This document shows, piece after piece, positions 7,686 to 16,970 of a DNA stretch of 64,000 nucleotides. How positions within the stretch are numbered: the stretch's first letter is position 1; each line of letters begins with the position of its first letter. The notes under the pieces are model-generated. The model had not been told where the DNA came from. It did not search any database and saw only the letters and a program-made list of their open reading frames with translations. Both the position numbers and the translations under genes were made by a program. This DNA comes from Thermoplasmatota archaeon (lineage in GTDB: Archaea; Thermoplasmatota; Thermoplasmata; UBA10834), in NCBI GenBank assembly GCA_040751795.1, contig JBFMHR010000004.1, positions 223,959 to 287,958 on the forward strand. Reading direction: 5' to 3'.

Positions 7686-10600
7686 TCACGACGCCTCGAA
7701 CACCAGCGGCAGGGTCTCCGACCTGAGCTCCTCGGGGTTGTACATGTCCCACGCGACGACCCCCTGGAGCGTGCTCGTGATGGGCATCTCCGCCACTAGC
7801 GAGTAGTCGAACTCGACGGCGGCGCCCGACACCACGTCGGTGATGTACACCACGACCTGGCGGTCGTTGCAGTCGTACGAGGATATGACGCCCTGGGCGT
7901 CGAGCGCGTCGAACTCGGAGAGGTCGAACGCGAAGCCCATGGGCGCGCGCAGGTCGACGAGGACCATCTTGAGCATCTCCGCGGTCCCGTTGTACAGGAG
8001 GTAGAGGTGGGCCCTGAGCCTGTCGTCGACCGATATCGTCGTCGTGTCGTATGTGACCTCGAGGGTCAGGAACGGGGACGACTCCGGCTCGTCTGGCCAG
8101 GGGACGTACTGCTCCAGGAAGACCGAGTAGAGGACGGACCCGTCCCCCGTGCAGGAGACGGTCACGTTGGTGACGTTCGCGAGGTAGGGCCTGAGGTCGA
8201 CGAGGTAGGTGACGTCCCTGTTGAACTCGCTCATGTCGATGGTCTCGACGACCGAGCCCTCGACGAGGACCTGGACCTGCACATCCTCGACGGAGTTCTC
8301 CCCGGCGACCGCGTCGAGGGCGTGGAACGCCACCACCGTGTCCTGGGTGGACGACCAGCCCCCGAGCTCGCCCCTGTGGTCGAGGAGGTACTTGACGGCC
8401 CCTTGGACGGTGGCGTGGTGCCCAGTCTCCCCGTGGAGGGCCATGGCGGCGTAGCCCGTGGTCTCTATGATCCTCGGGGAGGAGCCTTCCCAGACGTAGT
8501 CGCCGTCGGAGATGAGGTTCACGCCGCCGCTCCAGTGCACGGTGCCGTTGTCGGCGATCTTGAGCTCCTCGAGCCTCTCCGCGATGTCGGCGCGGAGCGC
8601 GGAGGAGCCGTCGCCGGCCTGCAGCAGCAGGAGCGAGAGCGAGAGGCTGTACGGGTCGTCCTGTATCGTGGAGACCTCGTCCTCGACGAACTCGATCGCC
8701 GCCTGGATGTGCGGGTCGTCGCCCGGGACCCCCGAGTGCAGGAGCGCCCTCGCGATGTACCCTGTCGCCGCGACCTCCTTGGACTGGAGGACGGGGTTGT
8801 TGAACTCGTAGATGCCCCAGTCCGGGAACTCCCACGAGCCGTCGTCCTGCTGGATCGACATGAGCCAGCTCTGCATGTCCGTGACGATGTCCTCGTCGAG
8901 CCCGAAGCCCGCGTTGATGGCGTCCTGGAAGGCGATGAGGCCCCAGGAGGTCAGCCACGGGTGCACGTCCTCGTCCCCCGGGAACCAGACGATGCCCCTG
9001 CCCTCGCCGTTGTTCGCCTCGAGCAGGTACATCAGCTCGTGCTGGAGCCCCTGGTTCACGATGCTCTCGTATTCGAACATCATCTCGGGGGTGGCGCCGA
9101 GCTCCACGACGGTGGCGTAGGCCAGTATGTCAATCGAGAGCATCGACAGGGACTGCTCCCCGCATCCGGACACGTGCTGGATGAACTCGTCCACGCCCTC
9201 GAGGAGGACGGCGTCTATGCCGCCCTGGACCTTGACCCAAGCGTTCGCGCTGCCCTCGACCATGTCAGGCTGGAGGTAGAGGGTGTGCTCCGCGCTGCCG
9301 TCGCCGACCTCGCCGTTGTAGAGCGTCTCGACCCTCTTGCCGTCGGGCACGACCTCCATCGGCCTGATGACGGCGTCCGAGGCCTCCGGCGAGGAGGCGA
9401 ACACCGAGACCGTGTGCCACCCGACCTTCTCGGCGACGATCGTGAACGACACGGAGGTGACGTAGTTGGCCGGCACGGTCACTTCCTGCGCCGCGGGGGA
9501 GAGCAGGGTGAGCCATGTCTCGTCGGCCAGCGTCACGTCGACGACCTGCTCCGTGTCGAGGTAGTTGTAGACCATGATGCTGAGCGGGAACTCGTCGCCC
9601 CTGACGACCGACGCCGGTATGTCCGGCTCGACGAAGAAGGGCTGGAACACCGTCACGGACCCGGAGCCCGTGCCGATCTGCCCGTCTGCTGTGGAGGCGA
9701 TGACGTCCACCTGCCACGACGTGATCGAGTCAGGGGCGGTGAGGGATATGTTGGCCCAGCCTCCCTCGTCCGTCAGGAGGCAGGGGTTCCAGTACCACGT
9801 CTCAGGGAAGTACTGGCGCACTATCGACGGCCTTGAGGCCGAGCCTCCGCCGGCGTCGGTCGAGGTCTCGTCGCCGTAGGCGGTGTCCGTGTCCCAGCCG
9901 AAGTCCATGGAGGCCTCCTGAGGCACCATGTTCCACTCATCGGCGTTAGGGTTCCTCGGATCGAACTCGCCGTCCTGGCTGCTGCTCGTCCCGAACCCGA
10001 GGGTCATGACGTAGACCGCCGCCATGCCCGCCAATGCGAGGGCCACGACGACGACCGCGAGGGCGAGGACGGGCACGGCCGTCCTCCTCCCCTTCGTGCC
10101 TATGGCGATCATGAGCCCCAGCATTGCGCAGAGGTAGACGGCGAACCAGTATCCCATGGTCGCGTCCTCCCTGATCTGCTCGGCGGCGGCCAGGTTCTCC
10201 GGCCATGTGGTCGTCACGCGCGCCTCGTCCGTCTCGGGGATGACCTCCGAGGTGTCGGAGGGGAGGGCGCCGACGCCCGCGTATACGTACGTGAGTATCT
10301 GGTACTGGGGGATGACGAACTCCGCGTCGAGCCCGAAGATGATCTCCTCGAAGCCCTGGAACATGCTCCCGACCTCGTAGACGGCCTCGTCCACGACGGA
10401 GACGCCGAGCGCGGCCACCGCCGGCGACCCGGAGTATTCGGCGTAGAACGACAGGCCGACCTCGTCCCTCGGGTAGTAGGAATCGTTGTCGGCGCTCACA
10501 GAGACGGACAGCGTGGACGAGCCGCCCACGGAGAAGGTCACGGCGTCCCTCGTGACGCCCATGTCGGCCTCGATCTTGTAGACCCTGAGCTGCGCGAACG

Positions 10601-12125
10601 GCTCGGCGTCGGGCCCCATGGTGAGCTGCAGGGAGGCCTGCCCGTCGTCCAGCTGGACGACGCCCCTGTCCACGAGGTAGCCGCGAGAGACCAGGTCCCA
10701 GTACACGTTCCTGGTCATGGAGTCGCCGGAGTACATGATGTCGAAGGAGGCCGTGTCGCCGACGTCGTATGACGCCTGGTCGGCCACGACCTTCAGGCCC
10801 GTCGCGGACTCGACGTCGACGTAGACCACGGCTTCGCCGGAGGCGCTGCTCCCGCGGACTCGCGCGGAGGTCTGGCCATCATATGTGAATGTCAGCGCTG
10901 CGACTCCCCTCCCGTCGGTCACGGAGGAGGCCTCGTTGACGTAGTAGTTGCCCTTCAAGAGGCCAAGCTGGACGGTCGCGTTGGCCACCGGCTCGCCGTT
11001 GGGGGACCTTGCAATCACGTAGTACCTGGACTGCATCCCGTCGACGCAGCTGTCGGTGAGCACCGAGAGCACTAGTCCGCTCGGCGCCACGGGGATGACC
11101 CTGTACCTGACCTCCGAGTGGCCTGCGGTGTCCGTCACGGTGAGGTTGAGCTGGATGTACCCGTTCCCCCCGGTCTCCGACAGGCCCACGGCATACTCCA
11201 CCGCCGGGACGGAGAAGACAGCCTCGCCGTCGTAGAGGGAGAACGTGCCGGTGTAGTACGTCTCCCAGACACCCAGATATACGTTCGCCTCGACGTCCAC
11301 CGTGCCGGCGACGGCCTCGCCGAAGAAGTACTCGGCCGAGACGACCCCGTTGATGGGGTCGTCGACCTCGTACCAGTCTTTGGTGCCCAGGAGGTCCACC
11401 CGGAACTTGGGGAGGACGTAGTCCTTGACCGCCAGGGCCTTGGTGACGGTCCTCTCGCCGATCGTGGCGGATATCGTGTAAGTCCCCTGGTTGAGCTGGT
11501 CCGACAGCCACAGGTCGTACGCGCATATGCCGTACCCGTCGGGGGAGAGGAGCTTCTTGAAGATCTTGTCCCCGTTGGGGTCGAGCACCTCGGCGAGGAG
11601 CTGGGACTCCTGGGGAAGCGGGTCCATGCCCGCGTATGTCAGGAACCTCATGTGTATGGTGTCGCCGGGCTTGTAGACGGGCTTGTCGGTGGTGATCACG
11701 ATCCTGACGCTGTCGTCGAGCACGGTGGTGGTCTCGACGACGTCCACGCCCGAGTTGACGACCAGCTTGACCTTGCCCGCGGCCGCGGGGAACTCTATGG
11801 TCGGGGCGGCGGAGCCGTCGGCGCCCGTCCTGCCCGACCAGACGAGAGCGTCCGAGTCGTCGGTGACGAGCCTCACGTCGACCTCCTGACCTCCGACGGG
11901 CTCGCCGTCGCCGTCCATGGCGAAGACCATGATCGTCGACGGGCCGCCCGCGGCGACCCGGTCGGGCACGTAGGCCACCAGGTTGAGCTTGTTCGCGAGG
12001 TAGGCGTCGTCGACGTCCTCCAGGGCTATCCCGATGGCCCCGACGGCCATCAGGGCCGTGATGAATGCCACCACGAGCCTCTCCTTCCTGTCCTTCTCGA
12101 CCAACCGGGCGACGGCCTTCCTCAT
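7686..12125 (-). CDS. Alpha-2-macroglobulin / thioester-containing protein (TEP), membrane-anchored
   Basis: TDKPVYKPGD, YVLPKF, RQYFPETWYW, PDSITSW, FQPFFV..P.SVVRGDE, GCGEQ thioester (9153-9164), GGWSSTQDTVVAFHAL, C-terminal MVLVDL..PMGF...WDMYNPE receptor-binding-like domain. Confidence 0.93.
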   Translation of the reverse strand: MRKAVARLVEKDRKERLVVAFITALMAVGAIGIALEDVDDAYLANKLNLVAYVPDRVAAGGPSTIMVFAMDGDGEPVGGQEVDVRLVTDDSDALVWSGRTGADGSAAPTIEFPAAAGKVKLVVNSGVDVVETTTVLDDSVRIVITTDKPVYKPGDTIHMRFLTYAGMDPLPQESQLLAEVLDPNGDKIFKKLLSPDGYGICAYDLWLSDQLNQGTYTISATIGERTVTKALAVKDYVLPKFRVDLLGTKDWYEVDDPINGVVSAEYFFGEAVAGTVDVEANVYLGVWETYYTGTFSLYDGEAVFSVPAVEYAVGLSETGGNGYIQLNLTVTDTAGHSEVRYRVIPVAPSGLVLSVLTDSCVDGMQSRYYVIARSPNGEPVANATVQLGLLKGNYYVNEASSVTDGRGVAALTFTYDGQTSARVRGSSASGEAVVYVDVESATGLKVVADQASYDVGDTASFDIMYSGDSMTRNVYWDLVSRGYLVDRGVVQLDDGQASLQLTMGPDAEPFAQLRVYKIEADMGVTRDAVTFSVGGSSTLSVSVSADNDSYYPRDEVGLSFYAEYSGSPAVAALGVSVVDEAVYEVGSMFQGFEEIIFGLDAEFVIPQYQILTYVYAGVGALPSDTSEVIPETDEARVTTTWPENLAAAEQIREDATMGYWFAVYLCAMLGLMIAIGTKGRRTAVPVLALAVVVVALALAGMAAVYVMTLGFGTSSSQDGEFDPRNPNADEWNMVPQEASMDFGWDTDTAYGDETSTDAGGGSASRPSIVRQYFPETWYWNPCLLTDEGGWANISLTAPDSITSWQVDVIASTADGQIGTGSGSVTVFQPFFVEPDIPASVVRGDEFPLSIMVYNYLDTEQVVDVTLADETWLTLLSPAAQEVTVPANYVTSVSFTIVAEKVGWHTVSVFASSPEASDAVIRPMEVVPDGKRVETLYNGEVGDGSAEHTLYLQPDMVEGSANAWVKVQGGIDAVLLEGVDEFIQHVSGCGEQSLSMLSIDILAYATVVELGATPEMMFEYESIVNQGLQHELMYLLEANNGEGRGIVWFPGDEDVHPWLTSWGLIAFQDAINAGFGLDEDIVTDMQSWLMSIQQDDGSWEFPDWGIYEFNNPVLQSKEVAATGYIARALLHSGVPGDDPHIQAAIEFVEDEVSTIQDDPYSLSLSLLLLQAGDGSSALRADIAERLEELKIADNGTVHWSGGVNLISDGDYVWEGSSPRIIETTGYAAMALHGETGHHATVQGAVKYLLDHRGELGGWSSTQDTVVAFHALDAVAGENSVEDVQVQVLVEGSVVETIDMSEFNRDVTYLVDLRPYLANVTNVTVSCTGDGSVLYSVFLEQYVPWPDEPESSPFLTLEVTYDTTTISVDDRLRAHLYLLYNGTAEMLKMVLVDLRAPMGFAFDLSEFDALDAQGVISSYDCNDRQVVVYITDVVSGAAVEFDYSLVAEMPITSTLQGVVAWDMYNPEELRSETLPLVFEAS

Positions 12126-12238
12126 GCTATCACTGATTTCGCCTACCGCCTCCGTCCTTCATGTACCCCCCCATGACATGTCATGGGCCTGGGCGACATC
12201 TCGGGCCGGCGCGATGGGGTTTATGTACGGATACGCTA

Positions 12239-12454
12239 ATGCAGAAATCCGTGTACTACTGCCCCAAGTGCGACAGGACCGTGTCCAGGGAGCGCCTCGA
12301 GCAGATCGAGGCGGACCTGGTCGGGAGGTTCGGCAAGAGCTGCCTCGCGACCATGCGGTGCCCTGTGTGCGACACGGACTTCATCGACCTCGGGGATGTC
12401 CGGCCCGGGGGTGAGGGACACGTCGGCGAGGCGCGCCGCATCGAGAAGGGCTGA
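12239..12454 (+). CDS. Small zinc-finger protein (CPKC...CPVC)
   Basis: ATG at 12239 just downstream of TATA-like TTTATGTA; two CxxC motifs; GC3-rich codons. Confidence 0.6.
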   Translation: MQKSVYYCPKCDRTVSRERLEQIEADLVGRFGKSCLATMRCPVCDTDFIDLGDVRPGGEGHVGEARRIEKG

Positions 12455-13181
12455 CGAGGTAACGAGCCCGGAGTTCGCGAGGCTCGCGGAGGCTGGTTCG
12501 CTCTTCGTGCTCCCGTTCGGCTCCCTGGAGGAGCACGGCTCGCACCTCCCGCTGGGGACGGACACGTTCCAGGCGGAGGAGGTCGCCCGGAGGGTGGCCG
12601 AGGAGTTCGGGGGCGTCGTGCTCCCTTCCGTCGGCTACGGGGAGTGCAGGTCCACGCGCAACTTCCCCGGGACCCTCTCCCTCGGCTTCGAGACCGTCCG
12701 CATGCTCGCCCAGGACATCGCGTCGGAGCTCGCGAGGAACGGCGTCACGAGGCTGCTAGTCCTGACGGGGCACGCCGGCTCTGGGCACATGGCCGCCATA
12801 AGGCTCGGGGTGCTCAGGGCTGTGGAGGCGTCCCCGTCGCTGAGGGCGATGGTCCTGTCCGACTACGACCTCGCCTACGAGCTCCGGGGCAAGGAGTTCC
12901 CGGAGGACGACGGCCACGCGGGCCTCATAGAGACATCCAGGATACTCAACATCCGGCCGGGGCTGGTGGGGAGGGAGAGGCCCGTCGGCAGGACGAGGCC
13001 GCCCAGGTTCATGGTCCTGCCCGACCCGGAGAGGCACCTGCCCACCGGCGTCATGGGGGACCCGCGGGGGGCGACCGCGGCGAAGGGCGCGACCATAGAC
13101 GACTACGTCGTCTCGGAGCTGTGCGGGCTCGTCGGAGAGGGTTTCGGGATCAAGCGCGGGAAGGCCAGGGGTAGGGGATGA
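12396..13181 (+). CDS. Creatininase/amidohydrolase family protein
   Basis: LPFGSLEEHGSHLPLGTD, FPGTLSL, GHAG.GH, GHAGLIETS, GVMGDP motifs; exact start uncertain. Confidence 0.88.
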   Translation: MSGPGVRDTSARRAASRRADEVTSPEFARLAEAGSLFVLPFGSLEEHGSHLPLGTDTFQAEEVARRVAEEFGGVVLPSVGYGECRSTRNFPGTLSLGFETVRMLAQDIASELARNGVTRLLVLTGHAGSGHMAAIRLGVLRAVEASPSLRAMVLSDYDLAYELRGKEFPEDDGHAGLIETSRILNIRPGLVGRERPVGRTRPPRFMVLPDPERHLPTGVMGDPRGATAAKGATIDDYVVSELCGLVGEGFGIKRGKARGRG

Positions 13182-13185
13182 CGGG

Positions 13186-13863
13186 ATGGACCTGAAGGAG
13201 ATGGCCGCCGCGGAGGCGGTCAGGTACGTGGAGGACGGGATGGTCGTCGGGCTGGGGAGCGGCTCGACCGCGAGCATCGCGATCAGGCTCATCGGGGACA
13301 AGGTCAAGGAGGAGGGGATCGAGATCGTCGGGGTCCCGACGTCCAAGACCTCCGACCTCCTCGGGCGCGCGGTGGGGATCAAGATCGTCGAGCTGGACGA
13401 CCACCCCACGGTGGACCTCACGATCGACGGCGCGGACGAGGTGGACCCGGGGCTCAACCTCGTGAAGGGCCTCGGGGGCGCCCTCGTCAGGGAGAAGATC
13501 GTCGCGGCCGCGTCGACCGTCGAGATCATAGTCGCGGACGACTCGAAGCTCGTGGACTACCTCGGACAGAAGGCCCCCCTGCCGGTGGAGGTCGTGAGGT
13601 TCTCGTTCAAGACCACCGTCCGGAGGCTCGCCGCGCTGGGCTGCAAGCCCGCGCTGAGGATCAAGGACGGCTCGCCCTTCGTCACGGACAACGGCAACTA
13701 CATCGTCGACTGCAGGTTCGAGAGGATAGAGCACCCAGCGGCCATGGAGTCGGTGATAAACAACGTCCCGGGCGTCGTGGACAACGGCCTCTTCGTGGAC
13801 AGGGCGAGCAAGGCGATGATAGGCACGAAGGACGGCATCAGGATAATGGAGAGGGGCTTCTGA
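13186..13863 (+). CDS. rpiA: Ribose-5-phosphate isomerase A
   Basis: GLGSGST, IDGADEVD, KGLGGALVREK, TDNGN, PGVVDNGLF. Confidence 0.95.
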   Translation: MDLKEMAAAEAVRYVEDGMVVGLGSGSTASIAIRLIGDKVKEEGIEIVGVPTSKTSDLLGRAVGIKIVELDDHPTVDLTIDGADEVDPGLNLVKGLGGALVREKIVAAASTVEIIVADDSKLVDYLGQKAPLPVEVVRFSFKTTVRRLAALGCKPALRIKDGSPFVTDNGNYIVDCRFERIEHPAAMESVINNVPGVVDNGLFVDRASKAMIGTKDGIRIMERGF

Positions 13864-13866
13864 GGC

Positions 13867-14232
13867 TCACTTGGCGACTTCCTTGAGCTGCTTGATGTTC
13901 GCCTCGATGCCCTCCATCTTCTTCTTCTCCTCCGACTCGATCATCTCTATGATCTTGTCGAAGGGGAGGGCGAGCTTGTTGGAGTGCACGGGCCTGCCCT
14001 TGCCCTCCTTCTTGATGTCCCTCTTGACGACCCACTTGCGCCTGCGGAGCTCCTGCATCGCGATGGACACCTCGGGCTGCCTCAGGCTAGTGGCGCTCTC
14101 GATCTCGACCGACGTCGTCTCCTCCTTCTTGCGCAGGTAGACAAGGGTCTTCGCTATGTTCTTGGAGAGACCAGTCCTCATGAGCAGCTCCACCAGCTGC
14201 TCGTCCTTCTTGGTGAGGCCCTTGTCGGTCAT
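13867..14232 (-). CDS. Winged-helix transcriptional regulator (TrmB/ArsR-like)
   Basis: [29 protein letters not shown] wing motif typical of a euryarchaeal wHTH family. Confidence 0.8.
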   Translation of the reverse strand: MTDKGLTKKDEQLVELLMRTGLSKNIAKTLVYLRKKEETTSVEIESATSLRQPEVSIAMQELRRRKWVVKRDIKKEGKGRPVHSNKLALPFDKIIEMIESEEKKKMEGIEANIKQLKEVAK

Positions 14233-14389
14233 ATTATGTGCCTAGCCATTTATTAATTACCATATATTTATTGATTCCCATGAGAATGCGCCGATATTTT
14301 ATCAGAGATGATATAATAATCGCGGGCGGGGGAGCCGCCGCGCGCGCGCGACGCGTCGCCCAGACCAGCGCGCCCGCGCGGTCAACAAT

Positions 14390-14400
14390 GCTTTTATATA
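14390..14400 (+). promoter_or_regulatory. TATA box of rpl44e operon
   Basis: CTTTTATATA in a GC-rich context ~45 nt upstream of ATG 14446. Confidence 0.6.
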
Positions 14401-14445
14401 GGTTCCCTCTTACTCGTGTCCTGCCCCCAGGGGCCGCTGATTCGC

Positions 14446-14727
14446 ATGAAGATGCCGAGGGTACGGAAGGAGTTCTGTCCGAAGTGCAAGAAGCACACGG
14501 ACCACGAGGTCGAGAGGGTCAAGACCAGGCCCAGGAGCGAGCTCAAGTGGGGTCAGAGGCGGTACAGGCGGGCGACGAGCGGGTACGGCGGTTTCCCGAG
14601 GCCCAAGTACGAGGGCCGCCAGAAGCCGACCACCAAGGTGGCGCTCAGGTACAGGTGCAAGACCTGCAAGAAGGCCCACCAGAGGACCTGCTTCAGGGCC
14701 AAGGTTTTCGAGCTCAAGGAGGCCTGA
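14446..14727 (+). CDS. rpl44e: 50S ribosomal protein L44e
   Basis: [36 protein letters not shown]. Confidence 0.96.
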   Translation: MKMPRVRKEFCPKCKKHTDHEVERVKTRPRSELKWGQRRYRRATSGYGGFPRPKYEGRQKPTTKVALRYRCKTCKKAHQRTCFRAKVFELKEA

Positions 14728-14729
14728 GC

Positions 14730-14915
14730 ATGGAGAGGATCCCGACTCCCAAGAGCAAGTTCATCAACGTCAAGTGTCAGGACTGCGGCAACGAGCAGAT
14801 AGCCTTCGACAGGCCCGCGACGCACGTCAAGTGCAACGTGTGCGGCGCCACGCTGGTCAAGCCGGCGGGCGGCAAGGGGCAGGTCAGGGGGCAGCTGCTC
14901 GGAGAGGTCCAGTAA
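14730..14915 (+). CDS. rps27e: 30S ribosomal protein S27e
   Basis: [18 protein letters not shown]...[16 protein letters not shown]; conserved operon position. Confidence 0.95.
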   Translation: MERIPTPKSKFINVKCQDCGNEQIAFDRPATHVKCNVCGATLVKPAGGKGQVRGQLLGEVQ

Positions 14916-15700
14916 TGCCACGCAAGGCGGAGTTCCCGGAGATAGGAGACCTAGTCATCTGCAGCGTGCAGAACGTCAAGAACTTCGGGGCCTTCGTCTC
15001 GCTGGACGAGTACGAGGGCAAGGAGGGCTTCATCCACGTGCGCGACGTCGCCACGGGGTGGGTCAAGTACATCCGGGACCACGTCCGCGAGGGGCAGAAG
15101 GTCGTGTGCAAGGTCCTGGGCGTGGACCAGGAGCGCGGCCACATCGACCTCTCGCTGAAGCAGGTCAACGACCACCAGCGCAGGGAGAAGATCCAGGAGC
15201 ACAAGAACGAGAAGAAGGCCGAGAAGCTCCTGGAGATCGTGGGCACGAAGATGGGCAAGAGCCTGGACGAGGCCTACGACGAGGTCGGCGCGAAGCTGGT
15301 CGCCGAGTTCGGGACCCTCTACGCGGCCTTCGAGGGGGCCGCCGTCGACACGTCTCAGCTCGACGAGCTGGGCATCGACAAGAAGTGGGCGTCCGCGCTC
15401 GCCTCCGTCGCGGCCGAGAACATCCAGCTCCCGTCGGTCACCATCGACGCGACGCTGGAGGTCACCACCCCGGCGCCCGACGGCGTGGACCACATCAGGG
15501 AGGCGCTCTCCGCGGGGCTCAAGGGCAAGGACGCACAGGTGGACATCAGCTACCTGGGGGCCCCGAGGTACAGGATCACCGTCGTCGCAGAGGACTACAA
15601 GGTCGCCGAGACGGAGCTCAAGCAGGCGGTCGACCGGGTGACCTCGCGCATACACAAGTCGGGCGGGACCGTCTCGTTCAAGAGGAAGGAGGAGGCTTGA
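14915..15700 (+). CDS. eif2a: Translation initiation factor aIF-2 alpha
   Basis: FPEIGDLV, S1 domain GAFVSLDEY..KEGFIH, GHIDLSLK, GAPRYRI; TAATG overlap with rps27e. Confidence 0.95.
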   Translation: MPRKAEFPEIGDLVICSVQNVKNFGAFVSLDEYEGKEGFIHVRDVATGWVKYIRDHVREGQKVVCKVLGVDQERGHIDLSLKQVNDHQRREKIQEHKNEKKAEKLLEIVGTKMGKSLDEAYDEVGAKLVAEFGTLYAAFEGAAVDTSQLDELGIDKKWASALASVAAENIQLPSVTIDATLEVTTPAPDGVDHIREALSAGLKGKDAQVDISYLGAPRYRITVVAEDYKVAETELKQAVDRVTSRIHKSGGTVSFKRKEEA

Positions 15701-15864
15701 AGACCCTCCTGATGAGGTGCGCCTCGTGCGAGGGCTACACCCTCCGCGCGGCGTGCCCCAAGTGCGGCGCGCCCACCGTCATGGCCATGCCCGCGAAGTA
15801 CTCGCCCGAGGACAGGTACGGGGAGTACAGGCGGAGGCTCAAGAGGGAGATGGAGGGGGCGTAG
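15697..15864 (+). CDS. nop10: H/ACA RNP protein Nop10
   Basis: TTG start in TTGA overlap; C..C..YTL...CPKCG....PAKYSPEDRYGEYRR. Confidence 0.92.
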   Translation: MKTLLMRCASCEGYTLRAACPKCGAPTVMAMPAKYSPEDRYGEYRRRLKREMEGA

Positions 15865-16623
15865 GTGGACGACATCCTCACCGTCTACAGGGAGAGGCCG
15901 GAGCTCAGGGCGCCCGTGCTCATAGAGGGGCTGCCGGGCGTGGGGAACGTCGGCAAGCTCGCGGCGGAGCACCTGGTCGACCAGCTCAAGGCCGTCAAGT
16001 TCATAGAGATGTACTCGAAGCACTTCCCCCCGCAGGTCCTGGTCAACGACTCGGGGACCATCAGGCTCGTCAGCAACGAGTTCTTCTACATCAGGAGGCC
16101 CGAGGCGGAGAACGACATAGTCGTCCTCGTCGGGGACTACCAGGGCCTCACCCCCGAGGGGCAGTACGAGCTCTCGGACCGGATACTCGGGGTCGCCAAG
16201 GAGCTGGGCGTGACCATGATCTACACGCTCGGCGGCTACGGCCTGGGCAAGATGATCGAGAAGCCGCGCGTGCTCGGGGCCGCGACGGACGAGCAGCTGG
16301 TCGAGGAGATGAAGGCCGCGGGCGTCACCTTCTCGAAGGGCGAGCCCGGGAGCGGGATCGTCGGCGCGAGCGGCCTCCTGCTCGGGCTGGGCGCGCTGCA
16401 GGGCATGAGGGCCGTGTGCCTCATGGGCGAGACATCGGGGTACTTCGTGGACCCGAAGGCCGCGCAGGCCCTGCTCGAGGTGCTCGCGAGGAAGCTCGGC
16501 TTCAGGATAGACCTCACGGAGCTCGAGGACCGGGCCCAGCAGATCGACGCCATCACGTCCAAGCTGAAGGAGTCGGAGCCCGCGCCGGAGCCGAGGAAGG
16601 AAGACCTGGGCTACATAGGGTGA
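15865..16623 (+). CDS. PAC2 family proteasome assembly chaperone
   Basis: IEGLPGVGNVGKLA, FPPQV, GIVGASGLL, LMGETSG..DP, C-terminal GYIG; conserved position after nop10. Confidence 0.9.
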   Translation: MDDILTVYRERPELRAPVLIEGLPGVGNVGKLAAEHLVDQLKAVKFIEMYSKHFPPQVLVNDSGTIRLVSNEFFYIRRPEAENDIVVLVGDYQGLTPEGQYELSDRILGVAKELGVTMIYTLGGYGLGKMIEKPRVLGAATDEQLVEEMKAAGVTFSKGEPGSGIVGASGLLLGLGALQGMRAVCLMGETSGYFVDPKAAQALLEVLARKLGFRIDLTELEDRAQQIDAITSKLKESEPAPEPRKEDLGYIG

Positions 16624-16631
16624 CCCGTCTG

Positions 16632-16669
16632 GCTGGCGATGGCTCTCGCCAGCGATAAAGAAAAAAATA
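16632..16669. terminator. Hairpin plus A/T tract between convergent genes
   Basis: GCTGGCGA-TGGCTC-TCGCCAGC inverted repeat followed by GATAAAGAAAAAAAT (U-tract on minus strand). Confidence 0.5.
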
Positions 16670-16733
16670 GGGGGGAGGTCATCCTGAGTAGTGAGGTGAA
16701 AGAGTAGTTAGAGTGCATCCCATCCCGTTCTGA

Positions 16734-16970
16734 CTACTTTTTCAGGTACTGATCCTCGAACTGTTTCATCTCCGCGAGCACCTGTTCGGCGTGCTCGAGC
16801 TTCTTCATCCGGTCCATGACGAGCTCCATACGGCCGTATATGAGGTCCCTGATGGCGACCCTTATCGCCTCGGACCTCGAGGGGAAGTCGTCGATCTCCA
16901 CGAGGAAGTCTATGGCACGGAGGTGCCTGTCAGGTATGCGGATGGTGATCTTCTCAGTGTCTGGCTCCAT
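16734..16970 (-). CDS. Ribbon-helix-helix (CopG/CdrS-like) regulator
   Basis: EKITIRIP....IDFLVE..DFPSRSEAIRVAIRDL, typical RHH; TATA-like GGTTTTATATATTT on minus strand at ~17061-17074. Confidence 0.85.
   Translation of the reverse strand: MEPDTEKITIRIPDRHLRAIDFLVEIDDFPSRSEAIRVAIRDLIYGRMELVMDRMKKLEHAEQVLAEMKQFEDQYLKK

Noticed and set aside
14238-14729. Long N-terminal extensions in the ORF track (rps27e, aIF2alpha, nop10, aIF1A, MttB, ychF, transketolase C)
   Set aside because: Artefacts of first-start calling; conserved N-termini and stop/start overlaps indicate the downstream starts used here
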